Assembly: GCA_017856385.1 (NCBI GenBank)
Contig: JAFMFD010000007.1
Coordinates: forward strand, 1,156 to 65,155
DNA: 64,000 nt
From: Actinomycetota bacterium
GTDB lineage: Bacteria > Actinomycetota > Actinomycetes > S36-B12
Direction of reading: 5' to 3'
The position numbers and the translations under genes are program-made. Positions 17,427 to 25,923 of this stretch are shown here, piece after piece. Position 1 is the first letter of the stretch. Each line of letters opens with the position of its first letter. A model generated the notes under the pieces. That model saw only the letters and a program-made list of their open reading frames with translations, did no database searches and had not been told where the DNA came from.

Positions 17427-18770
17427 ATGAGTTCGTCCTCCGCGGGCGCGACGACGTCGCGCCCCGTCTCCTCCTCTATCACCACGTTCCTTGAATGCGG
17501 CGTCCCTGACGTGCTCGCCGTTCATCTCTCGAAGGCGGGAATCAGCACGCCGTTCCCGATCCAGTCCGCCACGCTGCCCGACAGTCTGAGTGGCCGCGAT
17601 GTCCTCGGCCGGGGCCGCACCGGCTCGGGCAAGACCCTGGCCTTCAGCCTGCCGCTGGTCGCCAGGCTTGCGAGTGAGGGTCGCCGCACTGAGCGCGGCG
17701 CACCACGAGGCCTGGTCCTCGTACCGACGCGTGAGCTCGCCAACCAGGTGCTCTCTGTCGTGTCACCGCTGGCGCAGGCCATGGACCTGCGGGCGACCGT
17801 CATCTTCGGCGGCGTCGGACAGGGCCCGCAGGTCAAGGCGCTGCAGTCCGGCACCGACATCGTGATCGCCACCCCGGGTCGACTGGAAGACCTCATCAAG
17901 CAGGGGCACTGCCGACTCGATGCCGTCAGCGTCACCGTGCTCGACGAGGCCGACCACATGGCCGATCTCGGCTTCCTGCCGGCGGTCACGAGGATCCTCA
18001 GGCTCACTCCGGCCGGGGGACAGCGGCTGCTGTTCTCAGCCACGCTCGACGGCGGCATCAATGTCCTGGTCAGGAAGTTCCTCAGCGACCCGGTGACTCA
18101 CTCCGTGGATCCCGTTGAGGCTCCGGTCTCGACCATGGTCCACCACGTGATGACGGTCGACCATGCTGACAAGTCCGCAGTGGTCCACGACCTTGCGGGT
18201 GGAATGGGCCGCGCTGTTCTCTTCACGCGGACCAAGCACGGAGCCAAGAAGCTGGCGAAGCAGCTCACCACGGCGGGCATTCCCGCTGTCGAATTGCATG
18301 GCAACCTCGGCCAGACGGCACGGGAGCGCAACCTGTCAGCCTTCAGTGACGGAGCCGTTCGTGTGCTCGTCGCGACCGACATCGCCGCTCGGGGCATTCA
18401 CGTCGATGACGTTGCCCTCGTCGTTCATGTTGACCCGCCCGCCGAGCACAAGGCCTACCTCCATCGCTCAGGTCGCACGGCGCGTGCGGGTGCTGAGGGC
18501 GTGGTGGTGACGGTGGCAACGCGCGAGCAGTCCGCAGAAGTGAAGGCGCTGGCCAAGAAGGCGGGCATCCACCCGACCTACGCATCCATCGCACCAGGGT
18601 CCGCCGAGGTGGCCCGCCTACGTGGTGAGCGCGCTCCGCACGTGACGCCGAGCGCGGCCGTGGCATCGGACAGGGTGCAGCGGACGGCTACACCGCGACA
18701 GGGCGCGGGCCCGAATCGTGGAGCGCGGCGGCGTCCGGGCCGCAGCAGGAGCGGCAGCCAGGTCCGGTAG
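17427..18770 (+). CDS. DEAD-box ATP-dependent RNA helicase
   Basis: Q-motif PFPIQ, motif I GRGRTGSGKTLAF, DEAD (VLDEADHM), SAT (LFSATL), motif VI HRSGRTARAG. ATG 17427 is preceded by GGAAAGAAG. The track's extension to 17304 is Arg/Pro-rich. Confidence 0.9.
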   Translation: MSSSSAGATTSRPVSSSITTFLECGVPDVLAVHLSKAGISTPFPIQSATLPDSLSGRDVLGRGRTGSGKTLAFSLPLVARLASEGRRTERGAPRGLVLVPTRELANQVLSVVSPLAQAMDLRATVIFGGVGQGPQVKALQSGTDIVIATPGRLEDLIKQGHCRLDAVSVTVLDEADHMADLGFLPAVTRILRLTPAGGQRLLFSATLDGGINVLVRKFLSDPVTHSVDPVEAPVSTMVHHVMTVDHADKSAVVHDLAGGMGRAVLFTRTKHGAKKLAKQLTTAGIPAVELHGNLGQTARERNLSAFSDGAVRVLVATDIAARGIHVDDVALVVHVDPPAEHKAYLHRSGRTARAGAEGVVVTVATREQSAEVKALAKKAGIHPTYASIAPGSAEVARLRGERAPHVTPSAAVASDRVQRTATPRQGAGPNRGARRRPGRSRSGSQVR

Positions 18771-18787
18771 AGGCAGGCATGTGCTTG

Positions 18788-18860
18788 TGGCCCCGAGAGG
18801 ATTCGAACCTCCGACACAAGGTTTAGGAAACCTCTGCTCTATCCCCTGAGCTACGGGGCC
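18788..18860 (-). tRNA. tRNA-Arg (anticodon CCT)
   Basis: The reverse complement folds as a 73-nt cloverleaf: GGCCCCG TA GCTC AGGGGATA GAGC A GAGGT TTCCTAA ACCTT GTGTC GGAGG TTCGAAT CCTCT CGGGGCC A. Confidence 0.9.
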
Positions 18861-18978
18861 GGGGTGCGCCTGCCCATCCGTCTGCTTGATCGCCGGACGG
18901 GCGGATCGCTTCGTGCTTGGGGCAAGGCTAGTGGGCTTTCGGGGCCTGGTTGCGCGGCGGGGTTGCCCACGGGTGGGA

Positions 18979-18992
18979 GTTCGATATCGAAC
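18979..18992. promoter_or_regulatory. perfect 14-bp palindrome GTTCGATATCGAAC (candidate operator)
   Basis: Read directly. It lies in the 234-nt gap between tRNA-Arg and the Zn-ADH gene. Confidence 0.3.
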
Positions 18993-19010
18993 CGCCCTGT
19001 GCTCTATGTC

Positions 19011-19029
19011 GAGACATTCATAATGTCTC
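19011..19029. promoter_or_regulatory. inverted repeat GAGACATT-CAT-AATGTCTC (candidate operator or -10 region)
   Basis: 8+8 perfect arms around 3 nt. This is the most AT-rich spot of the gap, about 65 nt upstream of ATG 19095. Confidence 0.3.
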
Positions 19030-19094
19030 CGGAGCGGGTGGCGGCTGGGTAGGTCGTGGCTGTCCACAGCAGCCGACGAGCCGAGAGGATCGAT

Positions 19095-20273
19095 ATGGCG
19101 ACAGTCAGGGCGGCCACGCTGGTCGCACCCCGCACATACGAGATCCGGGACTACCCGTTCCCGGCGGACCTGGAGCCGGGCGCCGTGCTGGTGCGGATGA
19201 CGGCGTCGGGCATCTGCGGCACGGACAAGCACACCTACCGGGGCGAGACCGTGCAGTACAAGGGCACCGAGATGGAGCGCACCACGCCCTTCCCCATCAT
19301 CCAGGGGCACGAGAACCTGGGTGTCGTGGAGGCCGTGGGCACCGGCGGCGCCTTGGCCCATGACGGTCGACCGCTGCTGCCAGGCGACCGTGTGGTGCCG
19401 GCGCCGAACCGTGCGTGCGGAGTGTGCCGCAACTGCCAGCGCCACGACCCCTACTACCTGTGCCGCAACCTGGAGAACTACGGGAACTCGCTTTCGTGCG
19501 CCGAGGCGCCGTACCTGTTCGGTGGCTGGTCCGAGTACCTCTACCTGCGGCCCGGCACCCCGATGTTCCGTGTGCCCGACGACCTGCCCGATGACATCGC
19601 GGTGCTCACGGAGATCTTCGCCGTGACGCACAGCCTCGAGCGAGTCGCGGCCCTGCGTCGTCCCGGTGGCTTCCTGCCCGGTGACACCGTCGCCGTCGTC
19701 GGGGTCGGCTCACTGGGCATGTCGCACCTGGTGAAGGCAGCGCTCATGGGCGCGGGCCGCGTCATCGCCGTCGACAAGTCGCCGAAGCGCCTGGCCCTGG
19801 CACAACGACTCGTCGACGCCGACACCGTTCTCGTCGAGAAGGCCGTGACGGGCGAGGACGCCGACGTGCGGGCGCAGGTGCTGGACCTGACGGGCGGCGA
19901 GGGCGTCGACCTCGTCGTCAACGCCACGGGCTTCCCCGGCTCCTTCCAGTTGGCCACCACGCTGGTGCGCGACGCGGGCTCGATCCTGGAGGTGGGGGCG
20001 TTCGTCGACATGGGACCTGAGGCCTTCAATCCGGCCCAGATCTGCGGTCGCAGCCTGAACATCGTGGGTACCGGAGGCGAGGACGTGCAGGCCTATGCCG
20101 GCACGCTCGCGCTGCTCGCCCGACACCAGTCGTCGATCCCGTTCGCCGAGATGGTGTCGCACGTGTTCCGCATCGCCGACGCGGCGCAGGCGGTCGAGAC
20201 CTCGCTCGATGCCGACAGCGCGACGAAGGTGCTCATCTCGGAGGTGCTCCCGGCGGGCGCCCGACTCAACTGA
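19095..20273 (+). CDS. zinc-dependent alcohol/polyol dehydrogenase (MDR family)
   Basis: GICGTDKH catalytic Zn motif, structural Zn Cys cluster CGVCRNCQRHDPYYC, Rossmann VGVGSLGMS. ATG 19095 preferred over the track's 19056. Confidence 0.85.
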   Translation: MATVRAATLVAPRTYEIRDYPFPADLEPGAVLVRMTASGICGTDKHTYRGETVQYKGTEMERTTPFPIIQGHENLGVVEAVGTGGALAHDGRPLLPGDRVVPAPNRACGVCRNCQRHDPYYLCRNLENYGNSLSCAEAPYLFGGWSEYLYLRPGTPMFRVPDDLPDDIAVLTEIFAVTHSLERVAALRRPGGFLPGDTVAVVGVGSLGMSHLVKAALMGAGRVIAVDKSPKRLALAQRLVDADTVLVEKAVTGEDADVRAQVLDLTGGEGVDLVVNATGFPGSFQLATTLVRDAGSILEVGAFVDMGPEAFNPAQICGRSLNIVGTGGEDVQAYAGTLALLARHQSSIPFAEMVSHVFRIADAAQAVETSLDADSATKVLISEVLPAGARLN

Positions 20274-20307
20274 GGGAACGGACGCTCGGCACGAACGCGG
20301 CGTCGCG

Positions 20308-21345
20308 TCAGTCCGCGGGCCTGACCCTCCCGATGAACGACGCCGCGACTGCCAGAAGAGCCCCTGCAATGGTCGCCCCGACGCGCAGTATGAGGTCCTC
20401 GGACACGGGGTCGCCGCCGATGCTGAAGATGGCGATCACGAACGTCGTGATGCCCACGATGGCGACGGCGTAGTTGGCGAGCAGGAAGGCGACGGTGACG
20501 CCGCCCGCGATCGCGACGACGAGGACGGCCGCGTAGCCGTGGACGCCCAGGGCCAGCAGCAGGAACGCGGAGATGGCGATGCCGATCAGGGTGCCGGCGA
20601 CGCGTGCCAGCACCTTGACGACCGTCCCCTCGAGGTCGGGCCGTGTCACCCAGGCGATCGTCATGGGCAGCCAGTAGGCGTGCAGGAATCCCGACGCGTC
20701 GGCGATTGCGGTCGCGATGGGGATGGCCACCGCGATGCGCACTCCGTGGCGCACGAACGCGTCGCGGACGGCCAGGTGCTCGCGGAACCGCTGGCCCATC
20801 GTGGGTGCGTCGCCGAGAGCGCTGACCAAGGCGCGGGGGTCGCGCACGAGCGTCGACACGACAATGGCGACGGTTGCCGCCATGCCACCGAGCCCGACGA
20901 GGGCGCCGGACTCGATCGCCGCCTCGGGCAGAGAGGGGGCCCCGGCGAAGATGATGAAGGTCACCAGGCTCAGCACACCCCCGAGCGCAGCGCGCGGACC
21001 GGCAGCCCCGGCAACGCCGCAGGCGAAGGCCACCGGAGCGGAGGCGATCACGACGGCGATGGCCTGCTCGGAGAGCAGGCTGCCGAGGGTGGCCATGGCC
21101 ATCAGCCACAGCGTCACCCACGCCATGGTGCGCCAGCGCCGCCCGGGGTCCTCGCCGACCTCGGCGAGGTTCGCGAAGAGCGCGCCGATCGCGAGCGGGA
21201 TCCCGACCTTGGCGGCGTCGAAGTGCACGATGGGGACGAGCAGGAGGACGAGGACGATCGCGATCCGCACGCCGGCCTCGACGCGCAGGGCGCCGCGCTC
21301 GACGTGGGTCGTGCCAACGAGCAGGGTCCGCAGGTGCGAAGCCAT
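20308..21345 (-). CDS. FUSC-like (aromatic acid exporter family) integral membrane protein
   Basis: 345 aa with about 10 hydrophobic helices in two halves. The assignment rests on overall resemblance only. Confidence 0.55.
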   Translation of the reverse strand: MASHLRTLLVGTTHVERGALRVEAGVRIAIVLVLLLVPIVHFDAAKVGIPLAIGALFANLAEVGEDPGRRWRTMAWVTLWLMAMATLGSLLSEQAIAVVIASAPVAFACGVAGAAGPRAALGGVLSLVTFIIFAGAPSLPEAAIESGALVGLGGMAATVAIVVSTLVRDPRALVSALGDAPTMGQRFREHLAVRDAFVRHGVRIAVAIPIATAIADASGFLHAYWLPMTIAWVTRPDLEGTVVKVLARVAGTLIGIAISAFLLLALGVHGYAAVLVVAIAGGVTVAFLLANYAVAIVGITTFVIAIFSIGGDPVSEDLILRVGATIAGALLAVAASFIGRVRPAD

Positions 21346-21367
21346 GCCGGAACGCTAGCGTGCCCAC

Positions 21368-22750
21368 GTGACCCCGGAGGACGCTGTTCTCGCCGCCTGC
21401 GATGCGGCGCTCGACGATCGCGACGTCGTCACGGACCCCGACATCCTCGCCTCCTACACCCGCGATCGCTCGACCGGCTCGGCGGCGGGTGAGCCGTTCG
21501 CGGTCGTGTTCCCCCGGTCGACGGAGCAGGTGTCGGCCGTCATGCAGGCCGCGCACGCGAACCGGGTTCCCGTCGTTCCGCGCGGCGCCGGATCGGGCCT
21601 CTCGGGCGGGAGCAACGCGATCGACGGCGCGCTCGTGGTGTGCGTCGAGCGCATGCGCGACGTGCTCGAGGTGAACGGCACCGACGGGTACGTCGAGACA
21701 CAGCCGGGGATCATGAACACCGAGCTGCGTGAGCATGTCGCCACGCACGGCCTGTGGTACGCGCCGGACCCGGCGAGCAAGGACTTCTGCTCCATCGGCG
21801 GCAACGTCAACACCAACGCCGGCGGCCTGTGCTGCGTGAAGTACGGCGTCACCCGCGATGCCGTGCTGGGCCTCGAGGTCGTGCTCGCTGACGGTCGGGT
21901 GACCCGGCTCGGGCGTCGCACGATCAAGGGCGTCGCGGGCTACGACCTGGCCGGGATGATGGTCGGGTCCGAGGGCACGCTCGGCGTCGTCACGATGGCG
22001 CGCCTTCGGCTGCGTCCACTGCCGCCCCCTGCCGTGACCGCCGTCGCCGTCTTCGACGACGTCGCTGCCGCCGGTCGGGCCACGGCGGCGATCATGTCCG
22101 AGCTGACCCCGTCGATGCTGGAGCTGATGGACCAGCAGACGATCCGCATCGTCGAGGCCTGGCGACCCATGGGCCTGGATACGTCCGCCGGTGCACTGCT
22201 CGTCGCGCAGACCGACTCCGGGCTCGGCGCCGCGGCTGATGCCGAGCAGCTCATCCGCATCTGCGAGGCGCACGGCGCATCCGAGGCCTACGCGGCGGAG
22301 ACGCAGGAGGAGTCCGAGATGCTGCTGGGCGCCCGGCGCATGGCGATCATCGCAATGGAGGCGACGGGCGACTGGCTGCTCGACGACGTAGCTGTCCCGC
22401 GGTCACGGCTCGCGGAGGCGATGGTGCGGATCCAGGACGTCGCGGCCCGCCACGACGTCACGATCTGCACGTTCGGCCACGCAGGTGACGGCAACCTGCA
22501 CCCCACGATCGTCACCGAGCGCGGCGATGCCGATGCTGCGGCGAGGGCGCTGCTCGCCTTCGACGGGATCCTCGAGGTGGCCCTCGCCTGCGGCGGCACG
22601 ATCACCGGTGAGCACGGGGTCGGGAACCTCAAGCAGCATGCCCTCGCGCAGGAGCTCGACGACGTGGCCGCCAGCCTGCACACCCGTATCAAGCAGGCGT
22701 GGGACCCGGAGAACATCCTGAACCCGGGCAAGTCCCTGCCGCGTTGGTAG
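21368..22750 (+). CDS. FAD-linked oxidase (GlcD / D-lactate dehydrogenase-like)
   Basis: PCMH FAD-binding motif VVPRGAGSGLSGG and C-terminal GGTITGEHGVG. 460 aa. Confidence 0.85.
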   Translation: MTPEDAVLAACDAALDDRDVVTDPDILASYTRDRSTGSAAGEPFAVVFPRSTEQVSAVMQAAHANRVPVVPRGAGSGLSGGSNAIDGALVVCVERMRDVLEVNGTDGYVETQPGIMNTELREHVATHGLWYAPDPASKDFCSIGGNVNTNAGGLCCVKYGVTRDAVLGLEVVLADGRVTRLGRRTIKGVAGYDLAGMMVGSEGTLGVVTMARLRLRPLPPPAVTAVAVFDDVAAAGRATAAIMSELTPSMLELMDQQTIRIVEAWRPMGLDTSAGALLVAQTDSGLGAAADAEQLIRICEAHGASEAYAAETQEESEMLLGARRMAIIAMEATGDWLLDDVAVPRSRLAEAMVRIQDVAARHDVTICTFGHAGDGNLHPTIVTERGDADAAARALLAFDGILEVALACGGTITGEHGVGNLKQHALAQELDDVAASLHTRIKQAWDPENILNPGKSLPRW

Positions 22751-22785
22751 CCCATGCAGAGCCGTGCGGGCGCTAGCGTCATCCC

Positions 22786-23178
22786 ATGCCTCGATTCCTG
22801 CTCGGCTGGGTCCTCGGCCTCGGGGGCAACGCGATCGGCCTGCTCCTCTCGGGCCTGCTCCTCGGCGACTCCTTCCGCATCACCGGCCCGATCGGCTTCA
22901 TCGTCAGCCTGGTCGTGTTCGCGATCCTCAGCGGGATCTTCACGTGGCTGGTCTTTCGGGGCCTGCGCCGCGGCGCGGCCGCGGTTGTGCCGCTCACCGG
23001 CCTGATCTCGACCTTCCTCGCCCTCCTGCTCACCTCGCTGCTCACCGACGGCCTGGCGATCAGCGGCTGGGGCTGGTTCTGGGGCACCTTCATCGTGTGG
23101 GTCTGCGGCATGGTGATCTGGGTGCTGCCCGGGCCGTGGCGCAGGTACCGGGCAGAGCGCGTCGAGGAGCGCAGGTAG
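22786..23178 (+). CDS. small 4-TM membrane protein (resembles proteins annotated as phage-holin-4_2 family)
   Basis: 130 aa with four hydrophobic helices and a basic C-terminus. The family call is from memory only. Confidence 0.45.
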   Translation: MPRFLLGWVLGLGGNAIGLLLSGLLLGDSFRITGPIGFIVSLVVFAILSGIFTWLVFRGLRRGAAAVVPLTGLISTFLALLLTSLLTDGLAISGWGWFWGTFIVWVCGMVIWVLPGPWRRYRAERVEERR

Positions 23179-23181
23179 CCG

Positions 23182-23553
23182 GTGTCGATCATCCTGTGGA
23201 TCGTCCAGATCCTGCTCGCACTCGCCTTCCTCGGCGCCGGCGTCATGAAGGCGGCCCAGCCCTACGAGACCATGGCCGCGCGGCTGCCCTGGGTGGAGGA
23301 CTACGCGCCGGGCATGGTGCGGCTGATCGGCCTGCTGGAGATCCTCGGGGCCGTCGGGCTGGTCCTGCCGGCAGCCCTGGGCATCTGGCCCGCGCTCACT
23401 CCGCTCGCCGCGAGCGGCCTCGCGATCATCATGGTGCTCGCCACCGTCCACCACGCGCGGCGCCGTGAGTCCGGGCAGATGGTCTTCACGCTCGTCCTGC
23501 TCGCGCTGCTGCTGTTCGTCGCGTGGGGGCGCTTCAGCCTCGCGCCGCTGTAG
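23182..23553 (+). CDS. DoxX-like membrane protein
   Basis: 123 aa, four helices. N-terminus LLALAFLGAGVMK and LLEILGAVGLVLP are DoxX-like. Confidence 0.6.
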   Translation: MSIILWIVQILLALAFLGAGVMKAAQPYETMAARLPWVEDYAPGMVRLIGLLEILGAVGLVLPAALGIWPALTPLAASGLAIIMVLATVHHARRRESGQMVFTLVLLALLLFVAWGRFSLAPL

Positions 23554-23567
23554 GCCCTGGCTCGTCC

Positions 23568-23628
23568 GATGCTGCGTCAGAGGGTGCGCCGAAATCGCGC
23601 GATCTCGCTCACCCTCTTACGCAGCATC
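23568..23628. terminator. long hairpin between convergent genes (19-nt arms, 1 mismatch, 23-nt loop)
   Basis: GATGCTGCGTCAGAGGGTG (23568-23586) pairs with CACCCTCTTACGCAGCATC (23610-23628). No U-tract. Confidence 0.45.
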
Positions 23629-23639
23629 GCGGGGTGCGG

Positions 23640-24494
23640 TCAGTCGAGCGGTCGCACGACGCGGGCGAGGAACACCGACGCCAGCAGCAGCCCGCGCCAG
23701 CCGCTGGTTTCGTCCTCCAGTGCCAGGGACGCATCGCGGAAGGATTGCGGATCCTCGGCCTCGAGCAACGGCATCGCCGCGTGGTAGTGGAACGGGTGGA
23801 TCGACGTCTCGGTGAACCCGAGGTCGGCAAGCCATCGCGGCACGGCGAGCGGATTGGCGTAGTGCGACGTCAGGGCGCTGGAGTTCGCCGGTGGACGGTC
23901 CATCGCCACCCGCGTCTCGACGAAGTCCGACACCTTCGCGCGCAGCGACCCCGGCACATCGCCGAGTAGGTCGTCGACGATCAGGTCGTGCGTGAGCCGG
24001 TTGAACGTGACGAGCGCAAACAGGCTGTTGCGGAACTCGATGAACATCTCCCCGCCCGGGCGCACCAGTCGCGCCATGGAGCGGAGGGTGGCTGCTGAGT
24101 CCTCGGCGTGCGGCATGATCCCCAGCGCCATGAGCAGGTCGAACGAGCCCGCCCCGGGCACGCGGTCGACGAGGTCCTGGTCCTCGGCGGAGGCCAGGAC
24201 GACGGATGCCGGATCCCCGCCGAGCAGCGCGAGCTCGGTGCGCGTGGCCTCGACGCACTCCAGGTCGCGGTCGAGCCCGGCGAACGTCAGCCCCGCGTCG
24301 AGGACATGCGCCACGCCATTGCCGCGGCCGACACCGACCTCGACCAGTGATGTCGCGCCCGTCTGCCTCGCGCGGTCGAGCACCGTGCGCCACGCGAAGT
24401 GGTTGGCCGGGTAGCCCTGCCCGAGGTCGCCGAGCGAGGCGCGCTCCGCGGCGACGCGGTCATGGGCCGTTGGTGCACTGTCGGGACTGCTCAC
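23640..24494 (-). CDS. class I SAM-dependent methyltransferase
   Basis: Motif I LVEVGVGRGNG and motif post-I GLDRD. GTG 24494 overlaps the SbtA-like stop (GTGA). The track's extension to 24659 is Arg/Pro-rich. Confidence 0.75.
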   Translation of the reverse strand: MSSPDSAPTAHDRVAAERASLGDLGQGYPANHFAWRTVLDRARQTGATSLVEVGVGRGNGVAHVLDAGLTFAGLDRDLECVEATRTELALLGGDPASVVLASAEDQDLVDRVPGAGSFDLLMALGIMPHAEDSAATLRSMARLVRPGGEMFIEFRNSLFALVTFNRLTHDLIVDDLLGDVPGSLRAKVSDFVETRVAMDRPPANSSALTSHYANPLAVPRWLADLGFTETSIHPFHYHAAMPLLEAEDPQSFRDASLALEDETSGWRGLLLASVFLARVVRPLD

Positions 24495-25621
24495 GTGGGG
24501 ATCACCACCATGGCCAGGGCGGTGAAGGCGGGGATGCCCACCACCAGGTTGAAGGGGAAGGTGAGGGCCAGACTGCTGGTCAGGCACAGCCCGGTGTCCG
24601 CCTGCGGCAGCGCCAGGCCCACGGCGGCGGGAGCGGCGATGTACGAGGCGCTCGCGCACAGTACGCCGAGCACGGCGGCACCACCGGTCGACATGCCTAC
24701 GGCAGCTCCGACGAGCACGCCCACCGCCCCGACCACGAGGGGGAAGGCGGTGGCGAACAGGACCATGCCCGGGCCCGCGGAACGGATGGCCGACAGGCGC
24801 CCGCCCGCGACGGCGCCCAGGTGCAGCAGGAAGAGCGCCAGGACTCCGGTGAACAGTCCGCTGAAGAGCGGCTGGACCGGCTCGTAGCCCGCAGGGCCGG
24901 TGATGAAGCCGATCGCCAGCCCTCCGGCGAGGAGCAGGACGGAGGGCCCGGTGAGCACCTCGCGCAGGGCCTCGCCCATGGACGCACCCGCGGGCTCGGG
25001 TGGCTCATCGCGGACCGCGGTGAGCACGCGCCCGGAGGCGGCGGGTACCGGCGCGGTGGCCGGGACCCGGTTCATCGACCGCCGCGCGAGGGCCAGGCCC
25101 ACGACGATGCCGGGCACCTCGAGCACGACGACGAGGGTGGCGACGTGCCCCTCGATGGGCAGGCCGATCGTCTCGACGAGGGCCAGGGCTGCGGTGAACG
25201 TGACGAGAGAGGTCGACCCGTAGTGCGCCGCCATGGCTCCGCGGTCGAGGGCGCTGAGCCGGGTGAGGAGCCGCAGCACGTGGTAGGCGGCGATGGGGAT
25301 GAGCAGACCGAGCGCGATCGCCGCGGTCGCCGGCAGGGCGACCCCGGCGATGCCCGACTCCCGCAGGGCTACGCCGCCCTTCAGTCCGATGGCCAGGAGC
25401 AGGTAGAAGGAGATGGCCCGGTAGACCGGCTCGGGCAGGCGCAGCTCGTTCCTCAGGAGGCTGGCCGCGAGGACGCCGAGGGCGAAGGCCAGGACGGGGA
25501 TCGAGGTGAGGTTGCGCACCGCAAGATCAAGTGCGTCGTCGATGTCGATGGTCAGCCTCCTCCGCTCCGGTCGGGAGGATACTAGACGTGCAATTCCGGT
25601 ATTGCAAATCGTGACATGCAC
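24491..25621 (-). CDS. SbtA-family (sodium-dependent bicarbonate transporter-like) permease
   Basis: Both halves align by eye with Synechocystis SbtA recalled from memory (P.LAF..G, IPE, LL..IGL.GG.A.R.S, A..G..S..T..A; second half GP.....LGLA.G). The 5' end is uncertain: ATG 25621, or an internal start after GGAGGAGG near 25560. Confidence 0.8.
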   Translation of the reverse strand: MHVTICNTGIARLVSSRPERRRLTIDIDDALDLAVRNLTSIPVLAFALGVLAASLLRNELRLPEPVYRAISFYLLLAIGLKGGVALRESGIAGVALPATAAIALGLLIPIAAYHVLRLLTRLSALDRGAMAAHYGSTSLVTFTAALALVETIGLPIEGHVATLVVVLEVPGIVVGLALARRSMNRVPATAPVPAASGRVLTAVRDEPPEPAGASMGEALREVLTGPSVLLLAGGLAIGFITGPAGYEPVQPLFSGLFTGVLALFLLHLGAVAGGRLSAIRSAGPGMVLFATAFPLVVGAVGVLVGAAVGMSTGGAAVLGVLCASASYIAAPAAVGLALPQADTGLCLTSSLALTFPFNLVVGIPAFTALAMVVIPT

Positions 25622-25641
25622 GACGTGTTACGTCCGCCAGG

Positions 25642-25923
25642 TCACGGCTCCGAGAACAGGTCCAGCAGTTCCCCGACGCGGTGGCCGGACTCGGCGGTGT
25701 GACGGAAGGGCTGGCGACGGTTCACGCGGTAGGTGTTGCGCCTGCCCACGCGCGTCTTCGTCACGTAGCCCGACTCCTCGAGGTCGGTGATGATCGCCTG
25801 GACGGAGCGTTCGGTGATGCCGGCTTCGGTGGCGATGTCGCGCAGCCTCGCGTCGGGCATCCGCGAGAGCAGGAGCAGGACGCGCCCGTGGTTGGTCAGC
25901 AGCGTCCACGTCCGCTCGGTCAC
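25642..25923 (-). CDS. small winged-helix transcriptional regulator (MarR/ArsR-like)
   Basis: 93 aa. LRDIATEAGITERSVQAIITDLEESGYVTKTRVGRRNTYRV has a HTH-plus-wing pattern. GTG 25923 overlaps the upstream stop (GTGA). Confidence 0.65.
   Translation of the reverse strand: MTERTWTLLTNHGRVLLLLSRMPDARLRDIATEAGITERSVQAIITDLEESGYVTKTRVGRRNTYRVNRRQPFRHTAESGHRVGELLDLFSEP

Noticed and set aside
18861-19094. Genomic island or att site next to tRNA-Arg
   Set aside because: No repeat of the tRNA-Arg 3' end is present. The downstream genes (Zn-ADH, FUSC-like, GlcD-like) have normal GC3 bias and no mobility genes. GGGAGTTCGATATCGAACC looks superficially like a T-arm but does not fold into a tRNA.
20093-22273. 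726-aa minus-strand ORF (and the overlapping plus-strand 20095-21492 ORF)
   Set aside because: It is Arg/Pro/Gly-rich low-complexity translation. It lies antisense or out of frame to the well-supported FUSC-like (20308-21345) and GlcD-like (21368-22750) genes. This is a typical stop-codon-poor shadow frame of high-GC DNA.
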